From contig OZ242019.1 of assembly GCA_965204885.1 (NCBI GenBank), positions 1,331,734 through 1,395,733 of the forward strand: a DNA stretch of 64,000 bases, read 5' to 3'. A program made the translations under genes and the position numbers. Numbering within the stretch: position 1 is the first letter of the stretch; every line of letters begins with the position of its first letter. The stretch comes from Dehalococcoidia bacterium. GTDB taxonomy: Bacteria; Chloroflexota; Dehalococcoidia; UBA6926. The notes beneath the pieces are model-generated. The model was not told the DNA's origin. It saw only the letters and a list, made by a program, of their open reading frames with translations, and searched no databases. Of the stretch, positions 46,352 through 57,108 are shown piece after piece.

Positions 46352-48049
46352 ATGACGGTTGAACGCCGGTGGGCACTGCCGGAACCGCCGTCGCCACAGG
46401 CGCGTGAGTCCCTCACCGCGTTCCCGCGAACACTTCAGCAGATCCTCGTCAACCGCGGCATCGAGACCGCAGATGCCGCCGATGTTTTTCTCCGTCCTGA
46501 TGAGCGCCTGAACGGCGACCCCAGCGACATCCCCGGTATGGACGCAGCCATTCACCGTATCCGTCAGGCTATGTTCGGCGGCGAGAGAGTAGGAATCTAC
46601 GGCGATTTCGACTCCGACGGCGTCACCGGCACTGTGCTCCTGAGTGAGGCGCTGCAGAACCTCGGCCTCTCGGTGACCACCTATATTCCCTCGCGCTCCG
46701 AAGGACACGGCGTGAATCGCGCGGCACTCAAGTCGCTCCATGATGACGGCTGCACGCTTGTCATCACGGCAGACTGCGGGGTCGGCGGTGTCAATGAGGG
46801 AACTGCGCCGCCCAAAGGCATGGATATCATCGTGACGGACCACCACATGCCCGGGGATGCTCTGCCTGATTTCACCGCCGTCGTTAACCCCATGCGGCGA
46901 GAGTCCGCGTACCCGTCGCCGAAACTTGCCGGTGTCGGCGTGGCCTATAAGCTCGCCCAGGGTCTCTATCGGGAACTCGATAAGGAAGTGCCGGATGCTC
47001 TCCTTGAACTCGTGGCGCTCGGCACCGTCGCGGACGTTGCACCCCTGATCGAGGAGAACCGCTACCTGGTCAATGAAGGCTTGACCCAAATGCGGGACAC
47101 GCGACGTCCCGGCATCCGCATCCTCGCGTCGATCGCCCGCCGACCCCTTGCCGGTCTCACATCCGAGGACATCGCCTTTCAGATTGCCCCGCGCCTCAAC
47201 GCCCCGGGCCGCCTCTCCCATGCGAATGATGCGCTTCGCCTGCTTTCCACAATAGATGAGGAGGAGGCCCGAACTCTCGCCGTCCAACTGGATGAACTCA
47301 ATCAGCGCCGCCGCGAACTCACCGAAGAGGCATACAACAAAATCCGGGAGCGCATGACGGACGACGATATGGAGGCGCCTGCCATCGTCGTCGGCGCGCC
47401 CGATATTCCCGCCGGGATTGTCGGCCTTGTTGCCGGTCGACTCATGGACGAGTTTTATCGCCCGAGCTTCGTCTATTCCACCGATGGCGATGGGTTGATC
47501 CGCGGCTCCGCCCGCAGCATTGAGGAGTTCGATGTCGACGACGCGCTAAAGCAATGCTCGAACTTGCTCACTCAGTTCGGCGGACACCATCGCGCCGCCG
47601 GTTTCTCCGCCCTCGAAAGCAACCTCCCCGCTTTCCGCGACAGGCTGCGTGATCTGGCCGCCAGTGCCTTGGACGGTGTCGACCTTCATCCCGTGCTCGC
47701 CATTGACGCTGAGGGAGCGCCCACACGCATCGCTGCGGAGCTCAACTCCCACATGACAAGGCTCGAACCATTCGGTGAAGGCAACAGGAAACCGATTTTT
47801 CTTGCAGGGAAAATGCGCGTCATGTCAGCCCGTAGGGTCGGGGACGGCTCACACTTGCGCCTCTCACTGGCAGAAGCGGATACGGGTATAGAGTGGAACG
47901 CGATCGCGTTTCGACAGGGCGGCAAGGCAGGGCAGGCGAGGGGAGAGATCGATGTCGCTTTCCAGTTCCAGGAGAACGACGGCGGCCCCAACGCAAACCG
48001 CCCACCCACCCTGGAACTCAATGTGCAGGACTTCCGCCCCTCAGCCTAA
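46352..48049 (+). CDS. recJ: Single-stranded-DNA-specific exonuclease RecJ
   Basis: 565 aa. The DHH motifs (GDFDSDGVTG, TADCG, VTDHH) and the DHHA1 region (GGHHRAAGF) are present. Confidence 0.94.
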   Translation: MTVERRWALPEPPSPQARESLTAFPRTLQQILVNRGIETADAADVFLRPDERLNGDPSDIPGMDAAIHRIRQAMFGGERVGIYGDFDSDGVTGTVLLSEALQNLGLSVTTYIPSRSEGHGVNRAALKSLHDDGCTLVITADCGVGGVNEGTAPPKGMDIIVTDHHMPGDALPDFTAVVNPMRRESAYPSPKLAGVGVAYKLAQGLYRELDKEVPDALLELVALGTVADVAPLIEENRYLVNEGLTQMRDTRRPGIRILASIARRPLAGLTSEDIAFQIAPRLNAPGRLSHANDALRLLSTIDEEEARTLAVQLDELNQRRRELTEEAYNKIRERMTDDDMEAPAIVVGAPDIPAGIVGLVAGRLMDEFYRPSFVYSTDGDGLIRGSARSIEEFDVDDALKQCSNLLTQFGGHHRAAGFSALESNLPAFRDRLRDLAASALDGVDLHPVLAIDAEGAPTRIAAELNSHMTRLEPFGEGNRKPIFLAGKMRVMSARRVGDGSHLRLSLAEADTGIEWNAIAFRQGGKAGQARGEIDVAFQFQENDGGPNANRPPTLELNVQDFRPSA

Positions 48050-48079
48050 CTCCTGCCATTCCGAGCGTAGTCGAGGAAT

Positions 48080-48946
48080 CTAAGCCGGCTGCGGCGGCGC
48101 GTCCGTCTGGCCGTCCTCCGCCTCCTCTGAGTCATCGTCCGACTCGTCGGATCCGTCATCTCCCGAATTTGCCAGTCGCACCCGTGTAATAAGGAATGCC
48201 AGCGCAATCACCACCAGAAGGATAGCTAACAGATGCGCCTGCTGGAGCCCCGCAAACCACACGGCGTCCCGGCGCATGAACTGGATCACGAATCGGCCAA
48301 GCCCATACATCAGCAGGTACATGAAGAAGACCGAGCCGTCCGGGCGCAGCCGTCCGATCAGGAAGTAGGTGACGATTCCAATGAAGGCGTCCAGCGCCAT
48401 CTCATACACAATCACCGGGTGCATGGGGCCCTCGCCGTTCGCCGGGCTGCCCGGATGTGTGTACAGGAACGCCCACGGCCTCACCAGCGTCTCGCCCAAA
48501 TGCTCGCCGTTGATAATGTCTCCGAACCGTCCGAGGAACATGCCAAGCAACAGCCCCGGCGTGACCAGGTCCACCATGCGCCCCACGGGATAGCGGTGCC
48601 GCCACGCGTAGAACGTGCCGGCGAGCGTCGCCCCAAGGATGCCGCCGAGAAGACCGATTCCGCCTTCATAGATGCGGAGAATGAGCAGCAGATCGGTCGC
48701 GTAGTAGTCCCAGTTGTCAATCACGTGGACCAGCCGCGCGCCGATCAAGCCGCCCAACACGGCCCAGACGGCCGTGCCGTAAACGGCGTCCTCATGGATG
48801 CCGTGTTTGCGGCCCATGTACACGGCCCAGATAACGACGGCAACAATGCCCACCGCCGTAAAGAATCCGTGCCACGTCACGAGGAACGGGCCAATCTCAA
48901 AGATCGTGGGGTCAATCCCAATGTTGATGGCGGCAAGAACGTTCAA
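48080..48946 (-). CDS. lgt: Prolipoprotein diacylglyceryl transferase
   Basis: 288 aa. It is polytopic, with W..F....G and GRFGDIINGEHLG motifs typical of Lgt. Confidence 0.9.
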   Translation of the reverse strand: MNVLAAINIGIDPTIFEIGPFLVTWHGFFTAVGIVAVVIWAVYMGRKHGIHEDAVYGTAVWAVLGGLIGARLVHVIDNWDYYATDLLLILRIYEGGIGLLGGILGATLAGTFYAWRHRYPVGRMVDLVTPGLLLGMFLGRFGDIINGEHLGETLVRPWAFLYTHPGSPANGEGPMHPVIVYEMALDAFIGIVTYFLIGRLRPDGSVFFMYLLMYGLGRFVIQFMRRDAVWFAGLQQAHLLAILLVVIALAFLITRVRLANSGDDGSDESDDDSEEAEDGQTDAPPQPA

Positions 48947-49149
48947 GCTGTGCTACCTCGCTGGTTAGAATTGGCTGGGTCATGCGCCCTGCGGCTGCAA
49001 CCTGCCGTCTCACTATTCTATGCCCACGCCGTCACATCTGACGAATCGATGAATCACGGCAACGAAACGCCTTACTCGTCAGACTTTGTGATATTCTTCT
49101 CTAGACGTGACGTAACGCATCCATAACTATTCAAAAGGACGGCCCCGGA

Positions 49150-50094
49150 ATGCTTGATCAGGGTGTACGAGATTTCCTTGTGTACCTCACCACTGTCAAA
49201 GGCTTCTCTGCCAATACATCAGAGGCTTACCGCAGTGACATGACCCAACTGACAGAGTGGCTTGCCGCCCCGTCGGAGGATCTGGCGCCTGCGGAATCGT
49301 GGGCGGACGTTTCACGTGACCATCTCCTTGGATTTGTTAACAACCTCAAATCCCGGGAGTACGCCACCACCACCATTGCACGTAAGGTTGCCGCCGTGAA
49401 GTCGTTCTTCTCCTTCATGACAACACATGACCTTCTTGAATCCGACCCCTCTGAGGGACTCAGTTCACCGAAGGTGGGCAGGGCGCTGCCGTCGCCGCTC
49501 GGTGTGGATGAAGTTGAATCGCTCTTGAATCAACCGAGAGGCAAATCAACGCCGGAAGCCATGCGCGCATCCGCCATGCTTGAACTCCTTTATGCGACGG
49601 GGATGCGTGTCTCGGAACTCGTCTCCTTGAGCGTTGCCGACGTCAATCTCGACGAAGGTTATGTACGATGCAGAGGCAAGGGGTACAAGGAGCGGATTAT
49701 TCCCGTCTACCCTGAGGCCATTCGTGCCTTGCGCGCCTACATTGATGAAGCCCGCCCGAGGCTCCGCCGCCGGCGTGACGAGCCTGCTTTGTTCCTGAAT
49801 CGGCGCGGCAACCGCCTCACCCGGCAGGGCTTTTGGCTTCTCCTCAAGTCGCTTGCCGCCGAGGCCGGCATCACGCACAGCATCACGCCGCATACACTTC
49901 GTCATAGTTTCGCAACACACCTGCTGCGCGGTGGCGCAGCGCTCCGCCACGTCCAGGAATTGCTCGGGCATTCAAGTATCTCTACCACCCAGATTTACAC
50001 GCGTCTGGCCCATGACCAACTGCGTGATGAATACGACCGCGCCCATCCTCGCGCCCGCTACGGCCGTGAGCGCGACGCCGTCACCGCCGGATAG
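49150..50094 (+). CDS. Tyrosine recombinase XerC/XerD family
   Basis: 314 aa. The SAM-like N-domain is present. The catalytic residues are in ATGMRVSEL, HTLRHSFATHLL and LGHSSISTTQIYT. Confidence 0.88.
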   Translation: MLDQGVRDFLVYLTTVKGFSANTSEAYRSDMTQLTEWLAAPSEDLAPAESWADVSRDHLLGFVNNLKSREYATTTIARKVAAVKSFFSFMTTHDLLESDPSEGLSSPKVGRALPSPLGVDEVESLLNQPRGKSTPEAMRASAMLELLYATGMRVSELVSLSVADVNLDEGYVRCRGKGYKERIIPVYPEAIRALRAYIDEARPRLRRRRDEPALFLNRRGNRLTRQGFWLLLKSLAAEAGITHSITPHTLRHSFATHLLRGGAALRHVQELLGHSSISTTQIYTRLAHDQLRDEYDRAHPRARYGRERDAVTAG

Positions 50095-50208
50095 CCTGTC
50101 CTGATACGTTCGGCACTCCTATCGCCTAAAGCTGCCCATCGTGGCATGATGTGAGCGTTCGCTGGGCGAAGGCGCACGCGGTAGAATCCGCGGGGGATAG
50201 GGGGCGTC

Positions 50209-50922
50209 ATGGCTGTTGTAGCGATTGCAGGACAGATCGGCAGCGGCGGTCAGGATATCGGCCAGGAAGTCGCTGCACAGCTTGAAGCTGAATTCGTTGA
50301 TAACTTCCTCCTCAGCGAAGCTGCGAGCCGCACTGGTATGAGCATTGAAGAATGGGATGCGCGTGATATGCGCGTCGATAGCCTGACGGATCGCATCGCT
50401 CGGGTCTTTCAGACATTCATCCAACGCTCCGCTGCCAGCTACACCGCCGATCCATACATGAGCGGCGAGCCGATCCTCTCGCGCACCTATGAGCAGGCCG
50501 CCGCGGAGCCGCGCACTGATGAACAAACCCTTGATGATCAGCGCTTCCTTGAGGTAACAACGGAGATAATCCAGGAGCTTGCCCGCCTGCCCCGCGTCGT
50601 CATCATCGGTAGGGGAGCAACATACATCCTCAGGAACAACCCGCGTGTCTTTAACGTCCTCGCCTTGGCGCCCCGTGACGCGCGAATCGAACGCTGGGCC
50701 AACCGGAACAGCTTGTCGGAGGACGAGGCACGTCGGGAGGTCGACGATCAGGAACATCACCGGCAGGCGTTTCTGAGGAAATTCTTTGGCGTGGACCCGT
50801 TTGACCCCAGTTGGTTCGATATGGTGCTCCGTGTCGATCGACTCGATATCAAGCACTACGCGCAAATGGTTGCAACAGGCGCACGCGCTCTGGACGAACA
50901 GCTCCTTTGCGATGAAACTTAA
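50209..50922 (+). CDS. Cytidylate kinase-like family (AAA_28/Cytidylate_kin2-type) protein
   Basis: 237 aa. There is an N-terminal P-loop-like IAGQIGSGGQDIGQEVA. The length and layout match the cytidylate-kinase-like family of unknown role. Confidence 0.65.
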   Translation: MAVVAIAGQIGSGGQDIGQEVAAQLEAEFVDNFLLSEAASRTGMSIEEWDARDMRVDSLTDRIARVFQTFIQRSAASYTADPYMSGEPILSRTYEQAAAEPRTDEQTLDDQRFLEVTTEIIQELARLPRVVIIGRGATYILRNNPRVFNVLALAPRDARIERWANRNSLSEDEARREVDDQEHHRQAFLRKFFGVDPFDPSWFDMVLRVDRLDIKHYAQMVATGARALDEQLLCDET

Positions 50923-50958
50923 GGTGAGTAACAGCGTGGGAATGGAGAGACGAGAGTA

Positions 50959-51348
50959 ATGCCAGGTAAACCAAGTAGAAAAGATAGAAAACGACGCGGC
51001 CCTGCCGCTGAGCGACGGCCTCGTCCGGCCCCGCCCGTCTCACCGGGGCGCATCGTGAGGGCTGCTCGTGGCAGCGCTCCTCCTGCGACACCCGAAGATA
51101 CACCAACGGTGGCGCCTGAGCCTGCCACGGCCGCGGCCTCGCAGACGCCCGCTGCCGCGCAAACGGGTGTGCGGACAAGAGGCAGAGGAGTTGGCGCTCT
51201 TCGACGCGGAGCGACGTCATCCGCACGGGCCCTTGAAGCGCAGCGCGAAGAGCGAATCCGCCGTGATTCCGTCAGGGATCTTCGTTCCATCGGCCTTGCC
51301 GCCGTTGTCACCGCTGCCGCTCTCGCCGCTGCCGCTGTCTTTCTCTAG
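50959..51348 (+). CDS. Hypothetical Arg/Pro-rich protein with a C-terminal TM helix
   Basis: 129 aa with GGAGAG upstream and IGLAAVVTAAALAAAAVFL at the C-terminus. The sequence is low-complexity, so coding status is uncertain. Confidence 0.35.
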   Translation: MPGKPSRKDRKRRGPAAERRPRPAPPVSPGRIVRAARGSAPPATPEDTPTVAPEPATAAASQTPAAAQTGVRTRGRGVGALRRGATSSARALEAQREERIRRDSVRDLRSIGLAAVVTAAALAAAAVFL

Positions 51349-51356
51349 CGGCTGGC

Positions 51357-51382
51357 GTCATTCTGAGCGCAGCGAAGAATCC
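51357..51382. repeat. REP-like palindromic element (GTCATTCT...AGAATC family)
   Basis: gtcattctgagcgcagcgaagaatcc is related to 38542-38573. Confidence 0.55.
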
Positions 51383-51424
51383 CCCCACTCATATCGTGTC
51401 GCGGCGCGATAGAATGAGCGCACG

Positions 51425-53368
51425 ATGAGCATTGATCTCGCCAAGGTCGCCCGCGGCCTGCCCATACAGCCCGGCGTCTACATCTTTCGTGACGCGCGTA
51501 ACAAGCCGATCTACGTTGGCAAGGCCGCCGTCCTCCGCAATCGCGTGCGCTCCTATTTCGGCTCGGACGCCCTGACGCCGGGAACCAAGGCTTTCCAGAT
51601 CGCGCAGCGTGCTTCTGATCTCGACTGCATCGTCACGACGACTGAGGCGGAGGCCTTGATTCTCGAAAACACGCTCATCAAGCGCCACAAGCCGCGGTTC
51701 AACGTCCGCCTGAAAGACGACAAGACCTACCCCTATCTCAAGATTGACGTGCGTGAAGAATGGCCGCGTGTGTACATCACACGGCGGATGCAGGATGACG
51801 GCGCGCGCTATTTCGGGCCGTATGCCAGCGCATCGAGCGTCCGCAAGACCCTTGACCTGCTCAACAAGCTGTTCCCCTACCGCTCCTGCACCAAGGAGAT
51901 TACCGGCACAGACCCGCGTCCGTGCCTTGATTACCACATCAAACGCTGTCTCGGCCCGTGCATAGGCGCGGTATCCAACGAGGACTATCGCGAGGTTATC
52001 GGGCAGGTCTCCGCGTTCCTGGAGGGTAAGCAGGCCACCATCGCGAAGGACATCAAGCGCAAGATGATGGACGCGTCGGACAGCCTTGAATACGAACGCG
52101 CGGCATTCTTCCGCGACCAGCTCAACGCCATCAACCGCGTCTCTGCTGAGCAGAAGGCCGTCTCCACACATGCCGTCGACGAGGACATCATCGCCATCGC
52201 CCGCGCCGGCAACGAGGCATGGGCCGAGGTGTTCTTCGTCCGCGGCGGCAGATTGCTTGAACGCGACAATTTCCTGTTGGACGGCACACTCGGCGAAACG
52301 GATGGTGAGGTTCTCGCCGGATTTATCAAGCAGTTCTATGTGAACAGCCCCGTCGTGCCGCCGCGCATCCTGACGCAAGCGGCCGTTGCCGACGGCCCCG
52401 CTATCACGGAATGGCTTGAGGAGCGGCGGGAAGGCCGCAAGGTACGCCTCATCGTGCCGCAGCGCGGCGAGCGCAAGAAGCTGCTGGAACTCGTTGCTGA
52501 AAACGCCCTACAGGGCCTTGAAGCCCTTCGCATCAAGGTGCTCGCGGATGAGGCGGCCACTGAGACGGCGTTAGCGGAACTCAAGGAACAGCTCAACCTC
52601 CCCGAGCTCCCGCGCCGTATTGAGTGCTATGACATCTCCAACACGCAGGGAACGAACTCTGTCGCCTCCATGGTTGTGTTCCAGGACGGGCAGCCGCTCA
52701 AGGACCACTACCGTCGTTTCAGGATCAAGACAGTGGAAGGCGCGAACGATTTCGCCTCGCTGCAGGAAGTCATCCGACGTCGTTTCCAGCGCTCAGGAGC
52801 GCTGGGCAGCGCCGCGCGTGGGCTTGCATCAACAGCCGAAGACGCTGAAGAGGTCATCGCGCAGTTCAAGTCCGCCCCGTCTCGCAACAAGGACGAACGC
52901 GGCGGCACGAAGAAGGAAACGGAAGACGGCTCGTTCATGACGCTGCCTGACCTCGTGCTGATCGATGGTGGAAAGGGACAACTCAACGCCGTCGCTGAAG
53001 TGATGCGTGTCGAGCTGGGTCTTCACCAGATTCCGCTCGCATCATTGGCCAAGCAGGAAGAAGAGGTCTTTCTGCCGGAGATGGCTGAGTCAATCATGCT
53101 GCCACGCACCTCGCCCGCCCTCTACCTTGTTCAGCGCGCTCGCGACGAGGCCCACCGGTTCGCCATCACGTTCCATCGCGGCGTCCGCCAGAAGAAGGGG
53201 ATGGAATCCATGCTGGACGCGGTGCCCGGCATCGGCCCGCGCCGCAAGCGCATGCTCATGCGCCATTTCGGCAGCCTCGACGCCATCCGCGAAGCTTCAA
53301 TTGACGACCTCTCCGCCGCCCCCGGCATGACCAAACGCCTCGCCGAACGCGTCAAGGAATACGTGTAG
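51425..53368 (+). CDS. uvrC: Excinuclease ABC subunit C
   Basis: 647 aa. The GIY-YIG N-terminus is GVYIFRD...IYVGKA. The UVR domain, the RNase H-like endonuclease domain and the C-terminal (HhH)2 are present. Confidence 0.95.
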   Translation: MSIDLAKVARGLPIQPGVYIFRDARNKPIYVGKAAVLRNRVRSYFGSDALTPGTKAFQIAQRASDLDCIVTTTEAEALILENTLIKRHKPRFNVRLKDDKTYPYLKIDVREEWPRVYITRRMQDDGARYFGPYASASSVRKTLDLLNKLFPYRSCTKEITGTDPRPCLDYHIKRCLGPCIGAVSNEDYREVIGQVSAFLEGKQATIAKDIKRKMMDASDSLEYERAAFFRDQLNAINRVSAEQKAVSTHAVDEDIIAIARAGNEAWAEVFFVRGGRLLERDNFLLDGTLGETDGEVLAGFIKQFYVNSPVVPPRILTQAAVADGPAITEWLEERREGRKVRLIVPQRGERKKLLELVAENALQGLEALRIKVLADEAATETALAELKEQLNLPELPRRIECYDISNTQGTNSVASMVVFQDGQPLKDHYRRFRIKTVEGANDFASLQEVIRRRFQRSGALGSAARGLASTAEDAEEVIAQFKSAPSRNKDERGGTKKETEDGSFMTLPDLVLIDGGKGQLNAVAEVMRVELGLHQIPLASLAKQEEEVFLPEMAESIMLPRTSPALYLVQRARDEAHRFAITFHRGVRQKKGMESMLDAVPGIGPRRKRMLMRHFGSLDAIREASIDDLSAAPGMTKRLAERVKEYV

Positions 53369-53456
53369 TCCCTACAGTTCGCATCAGCCAGTAACGTATA
53401 CTCAATGAGCGGCTGAGGATGGCCGCCACGTTCATTCTGGGGGAGGGATATTCCAC

Positions 53457-54272
53457 ATGGCTGATTTTGAAACCCTGCTGTATGAGGTTGGAGACGACGG
53501 GGTTGCTCTCGTCACGCTGAATCGACCCGAGCGCCGCAACGCGCTCAACCCGCAGCTGCTCCATGAGCTCGAAGAAGTTTTTGATGCGGTTGAGAGCGAT
53601 GACAACGTGCGCATCGGCGTCATCACCGGCGCAGGCCCAGCTTTCTGCGCGGGCTACGACCTCACCCCAAACCAGGAGAGGGCGAGCTACAGCGCGACGG
53701 AGCGATGGGAGCATACCCATTGGCAGGCGATTCTTGTCTCGCGTCCGTGGTACTCGCGTGTGCCATGGATCGCGGCGGTGGACGGTCCGGCGGCCGCGGC
53801 GGGCAATGTCCTCGCCATGAGCTGTGACCTTATCGTCGCGTCAGAGCGGGCGCAGTTCGGCGAGCCGGAGATCCGCCACGTCGCGCACTCGCCCCATGTT
53901 CTGCTGCCGTTCATCACGAGCAACCGCCACTTGCGGGAGTTCTACTACACGGGCGATTTCATCGACGTGGAGACCGCAGAGAAATGGGATCTGGTCAACA
54001 AGGTTGTTCCGGCGGGAGAGGCACTGAACGAGGCGATGGCCATGGCCCGCCGCATCGCGCAGGTGCCGCCGTTCGCCCTCCAGATGATGAAGCGCTCCAT
54101 AAACGCCGTCTATGACGCGCAGGGCTTCAAGAAAGGCCAGGACGACCACCTCATGCTGCGCATGATTGAGTCGCTCACTCCGGATGTTCCCGAGCGGGAG
54201 CACCTTGGCAACGTGCGGCAGGAGCAGGGCATGAGAGCGTTCCTCGATGCGCGTGACGGCCCGTTCCGCTAG
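53457..54272 (+). CDS. Enoyl-CoA hydratase/isomerase (crotonase) family protein
   Basis: 271 aa. LNRPERRNAL and GAGPAFCAGYDL are present. Confidence 0.88.
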   Translation: MADFETLLYEVGDDGVALVTLNRPERRNALNPQLLHELEEVFDAVESDDNVRIGVITGAGPAFCAGYDLTPNQERASYSATERWEHTHWQAILVSRPWYSRVPWIAAVDGPAAAAGNVLAMSCDLIVASERAQFGEPEIRHVAHSPHVLLPFITSNRHLREFYYTGDFIDVETAEKWDLVNKVVPAGEALNEAMAMARRIAQVPPFALQMMKRSINAVYDAQGFKKGQDDHLMLRMIESLTPDVPEREHLGNVRQEQGMRAFLDARDGPFR

Positions 54273-54319
54273 GGCAGAGACGCATTCGAGACGAATTGGC
54301 TCAGTCGTGAGGCTGATGG

Positions 54320-54874
54320 ATGGCCGATAACCAGCAGGGCGGTCACCCGCCCATTATGCACGGGCACGGTCAGGCGAAGTTCTGCCTGAACTGTGGTAAG
54401 GAACTCGTTGAGCGCGAGATCGATGGCTCAATGCGCCCCGCCTGCGAGGACTGCGGCTACGTCCACTACACGGATCCCAAGGTCGCCGTCGGCGTGTTGA
54501 TCGGTGACGAACAGGGACGTGTGCTCCTCATGCAGCGCGCCCACCATCCCCGCAAGGATCTGTGGTCATATCCTGCGGGATTCGTCGATGCCGGTGAGAA
54601 GGTGGAGGACGCCGCAATCCGTGAGACACAGGAAGAAGTCGGCGTAACCGTCGAACTGGACGGCTTGCTGGGACTCCATTCAGAGACGGGCAACCGCGTA
54701 ATCCTCGTCGTGTATCGGGGACACATCGTGGAAGGAGAACCGAGGCCGGGTGATGAAAGTCTCGCGGTTGACTACTTTCCTGCCGATGACCTGCCGGACC
54801 TTGCCTTTGACCGTGACCGCGGCATTATCCATGATTGGCACCGGAGATTCGTTGCGGACGCCGCGCCGCGCTGA
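54320..54874 (+). CDS. NUDIX hydrolase with an N-terminal zinc ribbon
   Basis: 184 aa. It has CLNCG...CEDCG followed by the Nudix box GFVDAGEKVEDAAIRETQEEVGV. Confidence 0.85.
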   Translation: MADNQQGGHPPIMHGHGQAKFCLNCGKELVEREIDGSMRPACEDCGYVHYTDPKVAVGVLIGDEQGRVLLMQRAHHPRKDLWSYPAGFVDAGEKVEDAAIRETQEEVGVTVELDGLLGLHSETGNRVILVVYRGHIVEGEPRPGDESLAVDYFPADDLPDLAFDRDRGIIHDWHRRFVADAAPR

Positions 54875-54935
54875 CAGACAACAAGTGAACGTGAGAGGAT
54901 TGGGGAAGACTGGGGGATAAAGGAGGAGAGAAGAG

Positions 54936-55826
54936 ATGACGGACTACGAGAACATCATCTATGAACTGCGTGAGGCAGCAGGCGGCAACGTCGCCTACAT
55001 CACGCTGAACCGCCCTGAGAGGCTGAACGCGCTGAGCCGTGGGCTGCTCGCAGACCTCGGCAGCGCTCTCGAAGAGGCGGATAAGGACGAGACCGTCCGG
55101 TGCATCGTCATCAAGGGCGCGGGCAGGGCATTCTCCGCGGGCTACGACATGAACGTCCAGTCCGAGGGCAACCTGCCGCGCGATGCCCTGACCATGATTA
55201 CCAGCGACCACCCCACGACGATGTATCGCCGCTGGATCTGGAACAACCGCAAGCCGGTCATCGCTCAGTGCCATTCATTCAGCCTCGCCGGCGGCGGCCA
55301 ACTGGCCTGCCACTGCGACATCACTATCGCGTCTGACGATGCGCTCTTCGGCTACCCGCCCGCGCGCTACGCCAGCGTGGCGACGTACATGATCTGGCCG
55401 GAGCTGGTTGGAATGAAGAAGATGAAGCAGCTTGCTTTCACCGGAAACATGATGGACGCGCAGGAAGCCTTGCGTGTTGGCCTGGTGAGCGAGGTTGTTG
55501 CACGAGATGAGCTTGACGACCACGTCTGGACGCTCGCCAACACCATCTCCAAGCTGCCGCCCGCGTCCACGGAGCTCAACAAGCGCGCCATCAACTACTA
55601 CTACGAGTCGCAGGGCATGTTCCAGGCGTACGAGTACGCGGAGAACCTGATGTACGTGTCCTACGCGTCCTCTCCGGAGGACCTGCCGAAGGGCCTGCAG
55701 GACGTGGATCGTGTCACGGCAGAGCAGGGGATGCGCGCCGGGTTCCAATACATGAACGACGCGTTCACCGACGAAGATCAGGCCATCGCCGCTGAGCAGA
55801 TGGCCCGCCCAAGCCGCGCGCCCTAA
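54936..55826 (+). CDS. Enoyl-CoA hydratase/isomerase (crotonase) family protein
   Basis: 296 aa. LNRPERLNAL and GAGRAFSAGYDM are present. Confidence 0.85.
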   Translation: MTDYENIIYELREAAGGNVAYITLNRPERLNALSRGLLADLGSALEEADKDETVRCIVIKGAGRAFSAGYDMNVQSEGNLPRDALTMITSDHPTTMYRRWIWNNRKPVIAQCHSFSLAGGGQLACHCDITIASDDALFGYPPARYASVATYMIWPELVGMKKMKQLAFTGNMMDAQEALRVGLVSEVVARDELDDHVWTLANTISKLPPASTELNKRAINYYYESQGMFQAYEYAENLMYVSYASSPEDLPKGLQDVDRVTAEQGMRAGFQYMNDAFTDEDQAIAAEQMARPSRAP

Positions 55827-56008
55827 CAACAAGGTTGGCCATGACGCCCGTCCGCTCCCTGTGCTACATTGGGCGGACGGGCGATTAGCCGCGTCGCGGC
55901 CATAGCCCGACGGGTGGGGTAGGTGAAGATCAACTTGTTTCGCGCGCCCCTGAAAAGATATTGATACATCGTCGTGCGCCGCACTGACGGTAAGGGAGGG
56001 AAATTGGC

Positions 56009-57022
56009 ATGAAGGCACTCGTCTTCGATGAATATGGCGGACCCGAAGTCCTCCAATGGAAGGACATTGAGGACCCCAAGCCAGGTCCGAATGACGTCGT
56101 CATTGAGGTCAAGGCAACCGCCATCAATTACAACGATGTCTGGGGACGCCGCGGAGCGCCCATGGAAGTGGCTCTGCCCCATATCTCCGGCAGCGACGCA
56201 TCTGGCGTTGTCGTTGACAAGGGCAGCGAGGTCACGTCGCATTCTATCGGTGACGAGGTGGTCGTCCACTGCGGCCGTCCGGCTTTCAATAATCGCACCG
56301 GACAGGAGTGCAACATCTGGGGATATGACTGGCCCGCGCTCGATGGGGCGCACGGCCAGTATGTGAGGGTGCCGGCGGAGAACGCCGTTCCCAAGCCCAC
56401 CAATCTCACGCATGAAGAGGCTGCATCATTCCCGCTTGTTCTCGTCACCACGTGGCGCAAGCTGGTTGAAAAGGCTCCAATCAAGCCCGGCGACCATGTC
56501 CTGATCTGGGGCGCGGCGGGCGGTCTGGGCGTAATGGCCATCCAGATTGCGAAACTGTTCCGGGCGCATCCGATTGCTGTTGCCTCCAGCGACGAGAAGC
56601 TGGAGTTGTGCAAGGAGCTCGGCGCGGAGTACCTGATCAACCGCAAGACGCAGGATGTCCGGCAAGAGATGCGCAACATTGTGGGGCGGCGCGGCGCAGA
56701 GATCGTGTTTGAACACCCCGGTCAGGCCACCATGGGACTCAGCATCCAGCTCGCCAGTTGGGGCGGCACCGTGGTCACCAGCGGCGCAACCAGCGGCTAC
56801 GACGCCAACATTGACCTACGCCACATCTTCTTCCGGCAGGTCAAGCTGGTTGGTTCCACCCTGGGCACGGTTCACCAGTTGCAGGATGCTCTGGACCAGG
56901 TGCAGGAAGGTCACATCAAGCCGGTCATCGACCGCGTCCTGCCTATGAAGGACGCAGGCGAAGGCCAGGTCCTGCTTGAGACCGAGGCCGTGGCTGGCAA
57001 GGTTGTCCTTGTTCCCAACTAG
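56009..57022 (+). CDS. Medium-chain dehydrogenase/reductase (zinc-type ADH / quinone oxidoreductase-like)
   Basis: 337 aa. The GroES-like N-domain is present (MKALVFDEYGGPEVL...). The Rossmann motif is WGAAGGLG. Confidence 0.85.
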   Translation: MKALVFDEYGGPEVLQWKDIEDPKPGPNDVVIEVKATAINYNDVWGRRGAPMEVALPHISGSDASGVVVDKGSEVTSHSIGDEVVVHCGRPAFNNRTGQECNIWGYDWPALDGAHGQYVRVPAENAVPKPTNLTHEEAASFPLVLVTTWRKLVEKAPIKPGDHVLIWGAAGGLGVMAIQIAKLFRAHPIAVASSDEKLELCKELGAEYLINRKTQDVRQEMRNIVGRRGAEIVFEHPGQATMGLSIQLASWGGTVVTSGATSGYDANIDLRHIFFRQVKLVGSTLGTVHQLQDALDQVQEGHIKPVIDRVLPMKDAGEGQVLLETEAVAGKVVLVPN

Positions 57023-57108
57023 ACTTTGAAATACGGTCGCGAATGGGGGCGCCCGCAAAGGGCGCCCCTTTCATTTCCCCGCGTGGGCGAGAATGAGAAA
57101 CTGGACGC

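Noticed and set aside
46094-47287. 397-aa minus-strand ORF spanning the fabF/recJ junction
   Set aside because: It is antisense to two confidently identified genes. Its composition is Arg/Gly/Ala-rich and it has no recognisable motifs. This is a typical shadow ORF of high-GC DNA.
49150-50094. Tyrosine recombinase as the integrase of a mobile element
   Set aside because: The sequence and length fit housekeeping XerC/XerD. There are no flanking phage or transposon genes, no att-like repeats and no GC shift.
51389-52378. 329-aa minus-strand ORF opposite uvrC
   Set aside because: It lies entirely within and antisense to uvrC, with low-complexity composition. This is a shadow ORF.
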